From the IMG/VR virus record IMGVR_UViG_3300009171_000001, positions 9,760 through 73,759 of that record: 64,000 nucleotides of DNA. One strand, 5' to 3'. Of this stretch, positions 17,507 through 25,625 are shown one piece after another. The translations under genes and the position numbers were made by a program. Source of the DNA: a virus. The notes under the pieces are model-generated. The model saw nothing but the letters and a program-made list of their open reading frames with translations, did no database searches and was not told where the DNA came from. How positions within the stretch are numbered: the stretch's first letter is position 1; the number at the start of each line of letters is the position of its first letter.

Positions 17507-18613
17507 ATGAATGCTATGGAAATTATGACTAAGGCCAGAACTCACTTGTTGCTTGACCATCCATTTTTTGGATGCTTGGCCATGCGATTAAGTCTGGTTG
17601 AGGACAATCAGTTTGAAACAGCGGGGACAGATGGCAAGGAATTGAGATTCAATTCACAATTCATTCAATCATTACGATTGAATCAAGTGGTTGGATTGTT
17701 TGCTCACGAGGTTATGCACTTGGCTTTGGGGCACAACTGGCGGCAAGGCACACGTGAACATGAACGGTGGAACAACGCTGGCGATTACGCCATCAATTCC
17801 AATCTTGTCCGCACTGGGATTCACCTGCCGGATGGTGCTTTGATTGCTTATCAGTTTGACAAAATGAGTGCAGAAGAAATTTACACTTATCTTCCGTCCA
17901 ATCCAAACCAAAATCAAAGCTCCGGCTCAAGCCAAACGTCTGATCCAGGTGGTTGCGGGGCAGTATTACCCACACCCAATGATTCTCAACTGGATGAGAC
18001 TAAGGCAGAGTGGAAGACAGCAGTGGCTCAAGCCATACAATTTGCTGGCATCGGTAATTTGCCTGCGGATTTGGCTCGCCAATTACAATCGGTGATTGAC
18101 CCATCGTTGCCATGGTATGTATTGCTGCGTGATTTTGTAGAACGCTCAGCGCGCAACGATTTCACTTGGCAAAGGCCAAATGCTCGCTACATCAATCAAG
18201 GCATTGTTCTGCCAGGATTGATTAGTGAAGAGTTGCCTGAAGTGATTGTGGCTGTTGATACCAGTGGCTCAATTAGTCAAGCCCAATTGGATTCTTTTGC
18301 GGCTGAGGCCAGTGCGGTGCTTAGTGCTTACAAAACAACAATCCGTGTGATATATTGCGACAACGAAGTACAAGGCGAGCAAATCTATCAAACAGATGAT
18401 TTGCCCATCCACTTATCACCGAAAGGTGGTGGCGGGACAAAGTTTGACCCTGTGTTCCGCTATGTAAACGAGAATGGATATACACCATCCTGCGTGATAT
18501 ATCTGACGGATTTGTTGGGGCCCACACCCCAATGTGAGCCAGAATGCCCTGTACTTTGGGTAAGTACAAAGCCAGGCAAAATGCCCTTTGGTACAGTGAT
18601 TCAACTGAATTGA
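17507..18613 (+). CDS. Metallopeptidase (HEXXH)-VWA domain protein (DUF2201-like)
   Basis: AHEVMH, DYAIN, VAVDTSGS MIDAS, GGGGT.F.PVF, YLTD. Confidence 0.9.
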   Translation: MNAMEIMTKARTHLLLDHPFFGCLAMRLSLVEDNQFETAGTDGKELRFNSQFIQSLRLNQVVGLFAHEVMHLALGHNWRQGTREHERWNNAGDYAINSNLVRTGIHLPDGALIAYQFDKMSAEEIYTYLPSNPNQNQSSGSSQTSDPGGCGAVLPTPNDSQLDETKAEWKTAVAQAIQFAGIGNLPADLARQLQSVIDPSLPWYVLLRDFVERSARNDFTWQRPNARYINQGIVLPGLISEELPEVIVAVDTSGSISQAQLDSFAAEASAVLSAYKTTIRVIYCDNEVQGEQIYQTDDLPIHLSPKGGGGTKFDPVFRYVNENGYTPSCVIYLTDLLGPTPQCEPECPVLWVSTKPGKMPFGTVIQLN

Positions 18614-18614
18614 A

Positions 18615-18688
18615 TGTCGAAATACCCGATAATCTATATCGGGTATATATAGGCTAAGGCGATAACCTATACTGATGAGACAATCGCT
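18615..18688 (+). ncRNA. Hammerhead ribozyme, type II (HH4)
   Basis: TGTC-GAAA-stem III-TA-stem I (TATAGG/CCTATA)-CTGATGA(18672-18678)-GACA with compensatory stem II; predicted cut after 18647. Confidence 0.93.
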
Positions 18689-18724
18689 AAAATATCTAAT
18701 AAATATCTTAAAAGGAGAACAAAA

Positions 18725-18931
18725 ATGGAACTATGGACTAAAACACGATGGACTCGCTTGCGAAAGAAATCGAAAATAATTCAAACGGGTGGGATTGAAG
18801 GTTCACAAATTTACAATCTCATAATCGAAACACCCGAAGGCAAACACCTGGCTGGAGACTTGATATGGGATGGGTGGGCAGAGCTTGTGCAAGTCTGGAC
18901 GCCAACACCACAAGAATACAAGCAAACGTAA
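18725..18931 (+). CDS. Early hypothetical protein
   Basis: 68 aa; conserved leader/RBS. Confidence 0.75.
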   Translation: MELWTKTRWTRLRKKSKIIQTGGIEGSQIYNLIIETPEGKHLAGDLIWDGWAELVQVWTPTPQEYKQT

Positions 18932-18949
18932 GGAGAACCAAAATACATC

Positions 18950-18979
18950 CGCTAAGGCTCGCTAAGGCTCGCTAAGGCT
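18950..18979 (+). repeat. 10-bp tandem repeat CGCTAAGGCT x3
   Basis: Directly visible in the intergenic spacer. Confidence 0.85.
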
Positions 18980-19002
18980 AACATTTTTTAAGGAGAACAA
19001 AA

Positions 19003-19509
19003 ATGAACAACAATAATATAGAAATGACGTATTGTGATTGTGTTGATTTGATACGCAAAACAGTTTGGGATTTCATCGCTAAGTACAACAAACATCCCGA
19101 TGAGTTTGATGAACTGATGAGTCAGGCTAATGAATACTTTATGACCGCATACAACACGCATGATAAAACGCGAAGCTCATTTACCACGTGGTTGAGGGTA
19201 AGGGTATGGTACGGATTAGTGATGGCTAATGGCAAAGAAATGAAACACACTCGCAATCAATCCCGTCCACCACGCCCAACAAATCATCAAGACAACATAG
19301 GATTATTGGATTTGATAGACAGTTTGAATGAGGATGCCAAAAATCTAATCTTGCTGGTACGAAGTGTGCCAGCAGATTTGGACCAGCTGTTTCATCGTGC
19401 ACACCGCAAACCCGCACGCAAGTATGTCTTTCAATACTTGAAAGATTGTGGATGGACGCGGAGTGAGATATTGAATGCTTTTTCAAGTTTGAAATGCCTA
19501 TTACAATAA
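19003..19509 (+). CDS. Phage sigma-70-like factor
   Basis: FDELMSQANEYFMTAYNTHDKTRSSFTTWL resembles sigma region 2. Confidence 0.65.
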   Translation: MNNNNIEMTYCDCVDLIRKTVWDFIAKYNKHPDEFDELMSQANEYFMTAYNTHDKTRSSFTTWLRVRVWYGLVMANGKEMKHTRNQSRPPRPTNHQDNIGLLDLIDSLNEDAKNLILLVRSVPADLDQLFHRAHRKPARKYVFQYLKDCGWTRSEILNAFSSLKCLLQ

Positions 19510-19523
19510 AAAAGGGGGACAAA

Positions 19524-19694
19524 ATGGAAACCGACAAGAAGGAACAAATTGTTTATCTACATATTTGCTTTTTTTGTAACAAACGCTGGTGGACACCTAA
19601 CAAAGTTGCTAATTGTCCCAAATGTTCCCATCAGCATATTTGGTTCAGGGGGACAAGTAAAATAGTTGATGTAAAAATGGAGGTACAAAAATGA
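19524..19694 (+). CDS. Small zinc-ribbon protein
   Basis: CFFC...CPKC; start after GGGGG RBS. Confidence 0.55.
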   Translation: METDKKEQIVYLHICFFCNKRWWTPNKVANCPKCSHQHIWFRGTSKIVDVKMEVQK

Positions 19695-19933
19695 CTTCAT
19701 TAAACCGACCAGTTAAGCGTACAAACGCTGGGATGGTGCGTGAAGGCGGTAAGATGAGGGCCATTATCATTACCATCCGGCCACCTAATATTATTGGATT
19801 CAGGGCAAAGGGATGTCACAAGGAGTATCAACTGACTACAGAGGCTTGTTACATTATGGCTGTACGAGCCCAGGTATTGGATTTACAAAAACAAAAGAAA
19901 CTCAAAAGAAGACACAAAGGAGAACAAAAATGA
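19691..19933 (+). CDS. Hypothetical protein
   Basis: 80 aa; GGAGG RBS. Confidence 0.65.
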   Translation: MTSLNRPVKRTNAGMVREGGKMRAIIITIRPPNIIGFRAKGCHKEYQLTTEACYIMAVRAQVLDLQKQKKLKRRHKGEQK

Positions 19934-20487
19934 AAAACATATCAAAAAATTGTAAACAGGAGGGGACAATAATCTCCAAAGCACTCGAACCTTTGGCAGT
20001 AGAAGCAAGGAAATATAAGACAGTAGAGGAATTTGAGGAAAAATTATGGGAGATAAAACAATGGGGCGAACAAAGACATAGAACGTCCGGTTTTCCTCAA
20101 TTAAGCGCAATGCCTGGAGAAGAGGAACGATACAATAAGTGGTATGAAAATTTATCACCAGAAAAGAAGGCATTAGAAGATTTATACGTTTCTTATAGAA
20201 ACGTTCCCAATAGGGGAATTACCATATCAGATTTTTACAAGCAAGCCAAGCAAGCCCCTGCGCCAGAGGGGATAATTAAAGTAGGTGATACAATCACAAA
20301 TGGAATGGTACGTGGCAAGGTTATTGGTGAAGGCTCTATCAAATTTGGCAAAAGTCCATTGCCTGCCTACAAAGTCAAAATCCTCACCGGCCATGAAAAA
20401 GGTACAATTTCATTGATGATTAAAACCGACTCAAAGTTAGTATCAAATGATGCCTTTGTACAGCAGTACGGCAGAAAGAAGAAATGA
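19930..20487 (+). CDS. Hypothetical protein
   Basis: Start reassigned to the ATG after AAGGAGAACAAAA. Confidence 0.6.
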   Translation: MKNISKNCKQEGTIISKALEPLAVEARKYKTVEEFEEKLWEIKQWGEQRHRTSGFPQLSAMPGEEERYNKWYENLSPEKKALEDLYVSYRNVPNRGITISDFYKQAKQAPAPEGIIKVGDTITNGMVRGKVIGEGSIKFGKSPLPAYKVKILTGHEKGTISLMIKTDSKLVSNDAFVQQYGRKKK

Positions 20488-20600
20488 CCAAACTATATCC
20501 ATTTCAAAAACGTGGTGTCCGCCAAATAATCCGATTTGGTGGACGTGTGTTGTTGATAAAATATAAAATATCTCTTGACCTTTTCCTATACCCATTATAG
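20484..20600 (+). pseudogene. Orphaned N-terminal fragment of the SNF2 helicase
   Basis: Own translation MTKLYPFQKRGVRQIIRFGGRVLL..., versus helicase start MTKLFSYQKESVRQIIRFKGRTLL. Confidence 0.8.
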
Positions 20601-20649
20601 TATTGGGTTTTGGTAAAAAGAACATTCATTATTAGAAAGGAACAAAAAG

Positions 20650-21180
20650 ATGCCAAGAGGTATTTATCCAAGGACAAAAAATCAATTGAAAAATGCGAAG
20701 AAAAATCTTGCAATGGGTCGTACTCCCAAAGCACGAGAAAAAGCAAGACAAAAAATGATTGAGAAGGCAAAAAATATAGAATGGAGAAAGTTAGTATCAG
20801 AACAAACTAAAAAGGCCATGCATCAACCAAACATACGAAAAAACCACCTGAGAGGACTGTTCAAAGCAAGAGCAAAATATGGTATCAATTTTAAGGGAGG
20901 TAATGGACAAAAGCCAACCCCTATTATAGAATTAGCTAACAAATTATTTAGTCAATGTGGATTTGAAAGAGAATATGTAATAGAAACAAAAATAATAAAA
21001 CAAAACTTTGAAAATATACCAGATTCATATAAAGCTGATTTTTGTAATCCCAAACAAAAGTTGATAATAGAAATGGATGGACCTTGCCATCGGCCCAGGA
21101 AACAAAGAAAACTGGATAGAAAAAAGACAAAAGTATTAAAAGCTCTTGGTTGGCGGGTTGTGAGGTTGAAACATCAATGA
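20650..21180 (+). CDS. Endonuclease with basic NUMOD-like N-terminus and DUF559/Vsr-like nuclease domain
   Basis: YKADF...KLIIEMDG..H...DRKKTKVLKALGWRVVRL; preceded by TTGACC-N17-TAGTAT. Confidence 0.8.
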   Translation: MPRGIYPRTKNQLKNAKKNLAMGRTPKAREKARQKMIEKAKNIEWRKLVSEQTKKAMHQPNIRKNHLRGLFKARAKYGINFKGGNGQKPTPIIELANKLFSQCGFEREYVIETKIIKQNFENIPDSYKADFCNPKQKLIIEMDGPCHRPRKQRKLDRKKTKVLKALGWRVVRLKHQ

Positions 21181-22529
21181 CAAAATTATTTTCGTACCAA
21201 AAAGAATCTGTAAGACAGATCATACGGTTCAAAGGAAGAACTTTACTTGCGTTAGAAATGGGTTTGGGTAAGACTTTAGTGGCTCTGTCTTATCTTCGAC
21301 AACAAACGGGGACAATCCCTGCGATGGTTGTCTGTCCTGCATCGGCTAAGTGGGTATGGAAAAACGAAATCAAGAAACATACCCACTTCAAAAGTCAGAT
21401 TCTAAATGGCAAATCGCCCAGGCCCATCCAATGCAAAGACATAACCATTATAAACTATGATATTTTACCACAATGGAAAGATGTTTTGAAAGGGATGAAT
21501 CATCCTACAATGATATTAGATGAGTGCCAATACATCAAATCCTGGCAGGCCAAGCGCACTAAGGCTGTGATAAGTCTGGGCCGAAACAAACCTCACATCC
21601 TTGCGTTAAGTGGTACACCTTTGACTAATAGGCCAAAGGAATTATATAATGTATTACATTTGTTGTTGCCTGAAAGGTTCACCTCATTTGTCCCATATGC
21701 TTGGCGGTTTTGTAACAGACGGATAACACCTTGGGGATGGGATGATAATGGGGCAAGCCATTTGGATGAGTTGCATAATATACTCAAAGAGACATGTATG
21801 ATTAGGCGTTGCAAAAAACAAGTGTTGTCTGAATTACCGGACAAACAACGCAGTGTAATTTTGTTGCCTGTTAATCTGACCGAATATCGTAGGGCTGAAG
21901 ATGATTTTATCAACTGGTTAGCTGAGCAGGATGTCGCTAAGGCTGAAAAAGCTAAGCAAGCAGAGGCTTTGGTCCAATTGGGTTATTTGAAACGATTGGC
22001 CGCTAAGTTGAAGATGAAAGCAGTGATGGAATGGATGGATGACTATTTTGAATCAACTGACGCTAAGTTGGTTGTTTTTGCATATCATAAATCCATAATC
22101 CAAACTTTGCATCAACAATACAAAAAATTCAGTGTGGTATTAGATGGGAGGACATCTCAGGCGGGAAGGATACAAAGCATCCAAAAATTTCAAGAGGATA
22201 AACAAACCCGTTTGTTTATAGGTCAGTTAATTGCAGCAGGCACAGCTATTACCCTGACCGCAGCATCGACAGCCGCGTTTGTAGAATTAGATTGGGTGCC
22301 AAGCAACCATATACAAGCAGAGGACAGGTTGCATCGTATAGGTCAAAAAGCCCATACCCAAATATATTATATAGTTAGTAAAGATACTATTGAAGAAGAT
22401 TTGTGTAATATAATTCAAAAGAAAGCAAAAACGATTACATCTGTATTAGATGGTCGAAAAAGAAAAGATGAATTAAATATCTTTGATAAATTGAAGAACA
22501 TTATTTATGAAAGGAAAAACAATGGATAA
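21177..22529 (+). CDS. SNF2-family helicase
   Basis: EMGLGKT, ILDECQ, LSGTP, QAEDRLHRIGQ. Confidence 0.93.
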   Translation: MTKLFSYQKESVRQIIRFKGRTLLALEMGLGKTLVALSYLRQQTGTIPAMVVCPASAKWVWKNEIKKHTHFKSQILNGKSPRPIQCKDITIINYDILPQWKDVLKGMNHPTMILDECQYIKSWQAKRTKAVISLGRNKPHILALSGTPLTNRPKELYNVLHLLLPERFTSFVPYAWRFCNRRITPWGWDDNGASHLDELHNILKETCMIRRCKKQVLSELPDKQRSVILLPVNLTEYRRAEDDFINWLAEQDVAKAEKAKQAEALVQLGYLKRLAAKLKMKAVMEWMDDYFESTDAKLVVFAYHKSIIQTLHQQYKKFSVVLDGRTSQAGRIQSIQKFQEDKQTRLFIGQLIAAGTAITLTAASTAAFVELDWVPSNHIQAEDRLHRIGQKAHTQIYYIVSKDTIEEDLCNIIQKKAKTITSVLDGRKRKDELNIFDKLKNIIYERKNNG

Positions 22530-22701
22530 CAAGCCAAAAAAATCAGACCAGACAATGTCAACTATTTTCATCAAGAGCATCCCACGTACACTAAAAAGTA
22601 GTTTCAAAGCATACTGTGCCAGACGGGATAAATCGATGACACAAGTCTTGCTCCGGTTTATGCGGGATAGTGTGACCAAGAATGAACCTGCAAGTAAATA
22701 A
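22522..22701 (+). CDS. Ribbon-helix-helix DNA-binding protein
   Basis: TIFIKSIPRTLKSSFKAYCARRDKSMTQVL. Confidence 0.7.
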   Translation: MDNKPKKSDQTMSTIFIKSIPRTLKSSFKAYCARRDKSMTQVLLRFMRDSVTKNEPASK

Positions 22702-22748
22702 GCTCCGGAGCGGTCTTTGTTTTTGCCGAGGCTAAAAAGGCGTCCAAG

Positions 22749-23618
22749 ATGAAATTCATCGATATACTTGAAGAAAATAATATCCCTACAGCACCACAGG
22801 GACATCATCATCGGACACAAGGATGGATACAATTTGATTGTCCATTTTGTGGGCGGGATAGTGGACGATTCCATATGGGATATAATCTGGGTGGGGGGTT
22901 TGCTAATTGCTGGCGGTGTGGCCCCCATTCACTTTATCAAATCCTGCAGGAATTGACAGGGTTACACCACAACAAAATAAAATCCATAATCTCACAATTG
23001 GATGAAGTTGTAATGGAGGATGAGGAGAAAATACATCACACCCTCATCCTCCCCTCCCACTTAGGCCCACTTGGTACAACCCATATAAGATATATCAACA
23101 AACGCCATCTACATCATCTTGACTTGGAACGATTATGGCAAGTGCAGGGCATAGGGTTTTTTGGCAGATTGAAATGGCGGTTGTTCATACCTATAATCTA
23201 CAAAGGACGGATGGTCAGTTGGACTACACGTACCATTGGTGAAACAGGATTGAGATATATTAGTGCTCAACCTGGACAAGAATTAATGCCACACAAGACC
23301 TTGTTGTATGGACAAGATTATGTAAGGCATACCGTCATTGTTGTGGAAGGGCCGATGGATGTTTGGGCTATTGGACCTGGGGCTGTGGCTACATTTGGGA
23401 CGGCTTATACCAAAAGTCAGGTGGCTAAGTTGATAGAAATTCCACGCCGTATTGTTTGTTATGACAATGAACCAGAGGCTCAAAAACAGGCCCAAAAACT
23501 CTGCAACGAATTGGGGGGATTTGGGGGTGAAACTATCAATGTTGTTTTGAATAGCAAAGACCCAGGTGAAGCAAAACCGGCTGAATTAAATCTATTAAGA
23601 ACATTTTTAGAAAGATGA
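22749..23618 (+). CDS. DNA primase (Zn finger + TOPRIM)
   Basis: CPFC...CWRC zinc finger; VVEGPMD and YDNE...KDPG TOPRIM motifs. Confidence 0.85.
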   Translation: MKFIDILEENNIPTAPQGHHHRTQGWIQFDCPFCGRDSGRFHMGYNLGGGFANCWRCGPHSLYQILQELTGLHHNKIKSIISQLDEVVMEDEEKIHHTLILPSHLGPLGTTHIRYINKRHLHHLDLERLWQVQGIGFFGRLKWRLFIPIIYKGRMVSWTTRTIGETGLRYISAQPGQELMPHKTLLYGQDYVRHTVIVVEGPMDVWAIGPGAVATFGTAYTKSQVAKLIEIPRRIVCYDNEPEAQKQAQKLCNELGGFGGETINVVLNSKDPGEAKPAELNLLRTFLER

Positions 23619-23872
23619 ACAAACAAAGACACAATGTTTTGAAAGGAGAACAACAAATGAACGAAGCACCAGAAAGAATATGGCGACCGGCGAAGAGTCA
23701 ACGATTTAAGGGCAAACTGCTTGATACTGATATTGAGTACATCCGAGTCGATATAGCCAAAGCCGAGAGCGAGCGATTGAGAGGATTACTATTACAATGT
23801 ATTCCAGCCTTACGAGAATCCAAAAGAGACGTAACGCTTTTACCGGAAGTTGAAATAGCTACAATGTTTTGA
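23615..23872 (+). CDS. Hypothetical protein
   Basis: ORF with probable start at MNEAPERIW after AAGGAG. Confidence 0.55.
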   Translation: MNKQRHNVLKGEQQMNEAPERIWRPAKSQRFKGKLLDTDIEYIRVDIAKAESERLRGLLLQCIPALRESKRDVTLLPEVEIATMF

Positions 23873-23886
23873 AAGGAAAATGAAAA

Positions 23887-24561
23887 ATGTTTATCTGTCG
23901 AGAATGTTGGGGCGTGAAACGCGATGGTTTTTCCACCACGATTTATGCGACTTGCGATTTATGCAACAAAGAAACAGTGTGCAACGACATAGCTTACGGT
24001 TTGGTCCCTTCAGATATTTTGGTCAGATACCGTACTGTGGTAAGAGACGAACTCGTATGTAAACTTCAAGCTGAGAACGCGCGGCTCAAAGAGAAACTCG
24101 TCCAGAAGATGAAAATCATATGTTTGTTAAGTATTATTGGACTTTGTTTAAGTATTATTGGACTTTGTTTGATGGGTGGATGTACCAAAGCTCAATGGGA
24201 AAGATGGAATGACCCTTTTGCTACTCAGAGGGAATGGGAAAATAGCCGGATGATGGAAACATTCCGGATAAGAGCGATGGAAGAAGAGGCACGGGATTTG
24301 AAATGTAGCAAACCCTATTTGAACATAGAAAAGGCCATTCAAAATAGTGAAATCAAAGTAGGAATGTCCCAAAGGGAAGTTTTCAACCTATATGGAAGGC
24401 CCATCGGGGATAGTTATACTGGAGATTGCATAAATAGTAGTGTTGGGGTTTGGGGTGTATATGAACAAGTCACATACACCAGATATCAAGGCCCAGACTA
24501 TAATCGTAAATACATCTATCTGTATTTTGACAATTATGCACTCACCGGATGGCAAGATTGA
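23887..24561 (+). CDS. Hypothetical protein; C-terminal part (from about 24109) looks like a lipoprotein with a SmpA/BamE-like repeat
   Basis: N-terminal CxxC pairs; MKIICLL...LMGG-C lipobox; IKVGMSQREVFNLYGRP. Confidence 0.5.
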   Translation: MFICRECWGVKRDGFSTTIYATCDLCNKETVCNDIAYGLVPSDILVRYRTVVRDELVCKLQAENARLKEKLVQKMKIICLLSIIGLCLSIIGLCLMGGCTKAQWERWNDPFATQREWENSRMMETFRIRAMEEEARDLKCSKPYLNIEKAIQNSEIKVGMSQREVFNLYGRPIGDSYTGDCINSSVGVWGVYEQVTYTRYQGPDYNRKYIYLYFDNYALTGWQD

Positions 24562-24704
24562 AAAAGAAAAATTTTTAGAAAATTAAAAGATTTTTCTTTA
24601 CCTAAAACCGTATGGGCAATAATATATACGGCGTTCGCAGTACAAAAACAAAGTTAGAATAGAAGCAAAAAGGTAAAAGTGGTATCTTATTATTTTTGAC
24701 TATG

Positions 24705-24760
24705 GCCGCCCATTGTAGCTTCTATTTTAATAGGCGAACTACAATGGGCGGCGTTTTTAT
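24705..24760 (+). terminator. Terminator/attenuator hairpin upstream of replication genes
   Basis: 14-bp stem GCCGCCCATTGTAG/CTACAATGGGCGGC followed by GTTTTTAT. Confidence 0.7.
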
Positions 24761-24777
24761 TGGAAAAGGTATATAGG

Positions 24778-25623
24778 ATGACAAAACAAAAACCCTACCA
24801 GACAAAAGACTACAAAAAGCATCCCCCTGTTATTAACATAACCAAAACAACTATGGATATTTTGAAGGAGAGAGAAAAAAGTGGGGAATTAATGGGATTA
24901 TATATATGGTATTGTTATGTAACTATTTGGCAGAATACCACGACCATTTGGGCTGGAGTAAAATATATGAGTGCCTTGACCAAATGGTCTATGGAAAAGA
25001 TACGACAATTGAGGAAAATTTTGTTAGATATTGGTTTGATTGAAGATGTACAAAATCGAGAGGAAGGCGGAAATTTTGGCAGACGATATGTACGTGTGCA
25101 TTACATATCCGCACTCTCAACCACCGTCGTACCGAAAACCCGTAGTACGGCAAACCGTAGTGCTAAGTACTTAGTAAGAGATAAGAAGTGCTTAGGAATA
25201 AATAACTATCGTCAGCCACAAAAAGTGGCTGGTATAAATAATAAAAATTCTTTGGTAGGAAAAGACAACTCATTCATTACCCGCCATGCTGAGAAATTAC
25301 AAAGATTACTTAATATCCGTAGTAGATACCACCCTGTTACAATAGCCACCTGGTCCAAACAAATATCTTATTTACTTCATCATGATAATATATCACCCAA
25401 ACGATATGCCCGTGTAATTCGATGGTACTTGAAAAACAAAGATACCTATGACTATTGTCCCCAAATTCGTAAGGCCACCGATTTGGTGGACAAATTCTTA
25501 ACCATAGAACAAATGATGAAAAAACAAACCAAAGTCAAGCATAAAGAAGACAACATACATTACCATGATGATCCAGACCCACGTAAGGCAGGATATTTTG
25601 ATGATAGTTTGGGGGATGACTAA
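24778..25623 (+). CDS. Putative replication initiator/helicase-loader-like protein
   Basis: N-terminal wHTH-like segment, Ser/Thr/Lys-rich linker, C-terminal helical domain; directly upstream of the DnaB-like gene. Confidence 0.45.
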   Translation: MTKQKPYQTKDYKKHPPVINITKTTMDILKEREKSGELMGLYIWYCYVTIWQNTTTIWAGVKYMSALTKWSMEKIRQLRKILLDIGLIEDVQNREEGGNFGRRYVRVHYISALSTTVVPKTRSTANRSAKYLVRDKKCLGINNYRQPQKVAGINNKNSLVGKDNSFITRHAEKLQRLLNIRSRYHPVTIATWSKQISYLLHHDNISPKRYARVIRWYLKNKDTYDYCPQIRKATDLVDKFLTIEQMMKKQTKVKHKEDNIHYHDDPDPRKAGYFDDSLGDD

Positions 25624-25625
25624 TC

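Noticed and set aside
13927-18727. Repeated leaders as a CRISPR array or integron attC sites
   Set aside because: Spacing is gene-sized, no cas or integrase gene is in the window, and the repeats are explained by RBS plus ribozyme/tRNA-like folds.
24127-24168. 21-bp tandem duplication TTAAGTATTATTGGACTTTGT
   Set aside because: Simple in-frame slippage within a signal peptide; no wider pattern.
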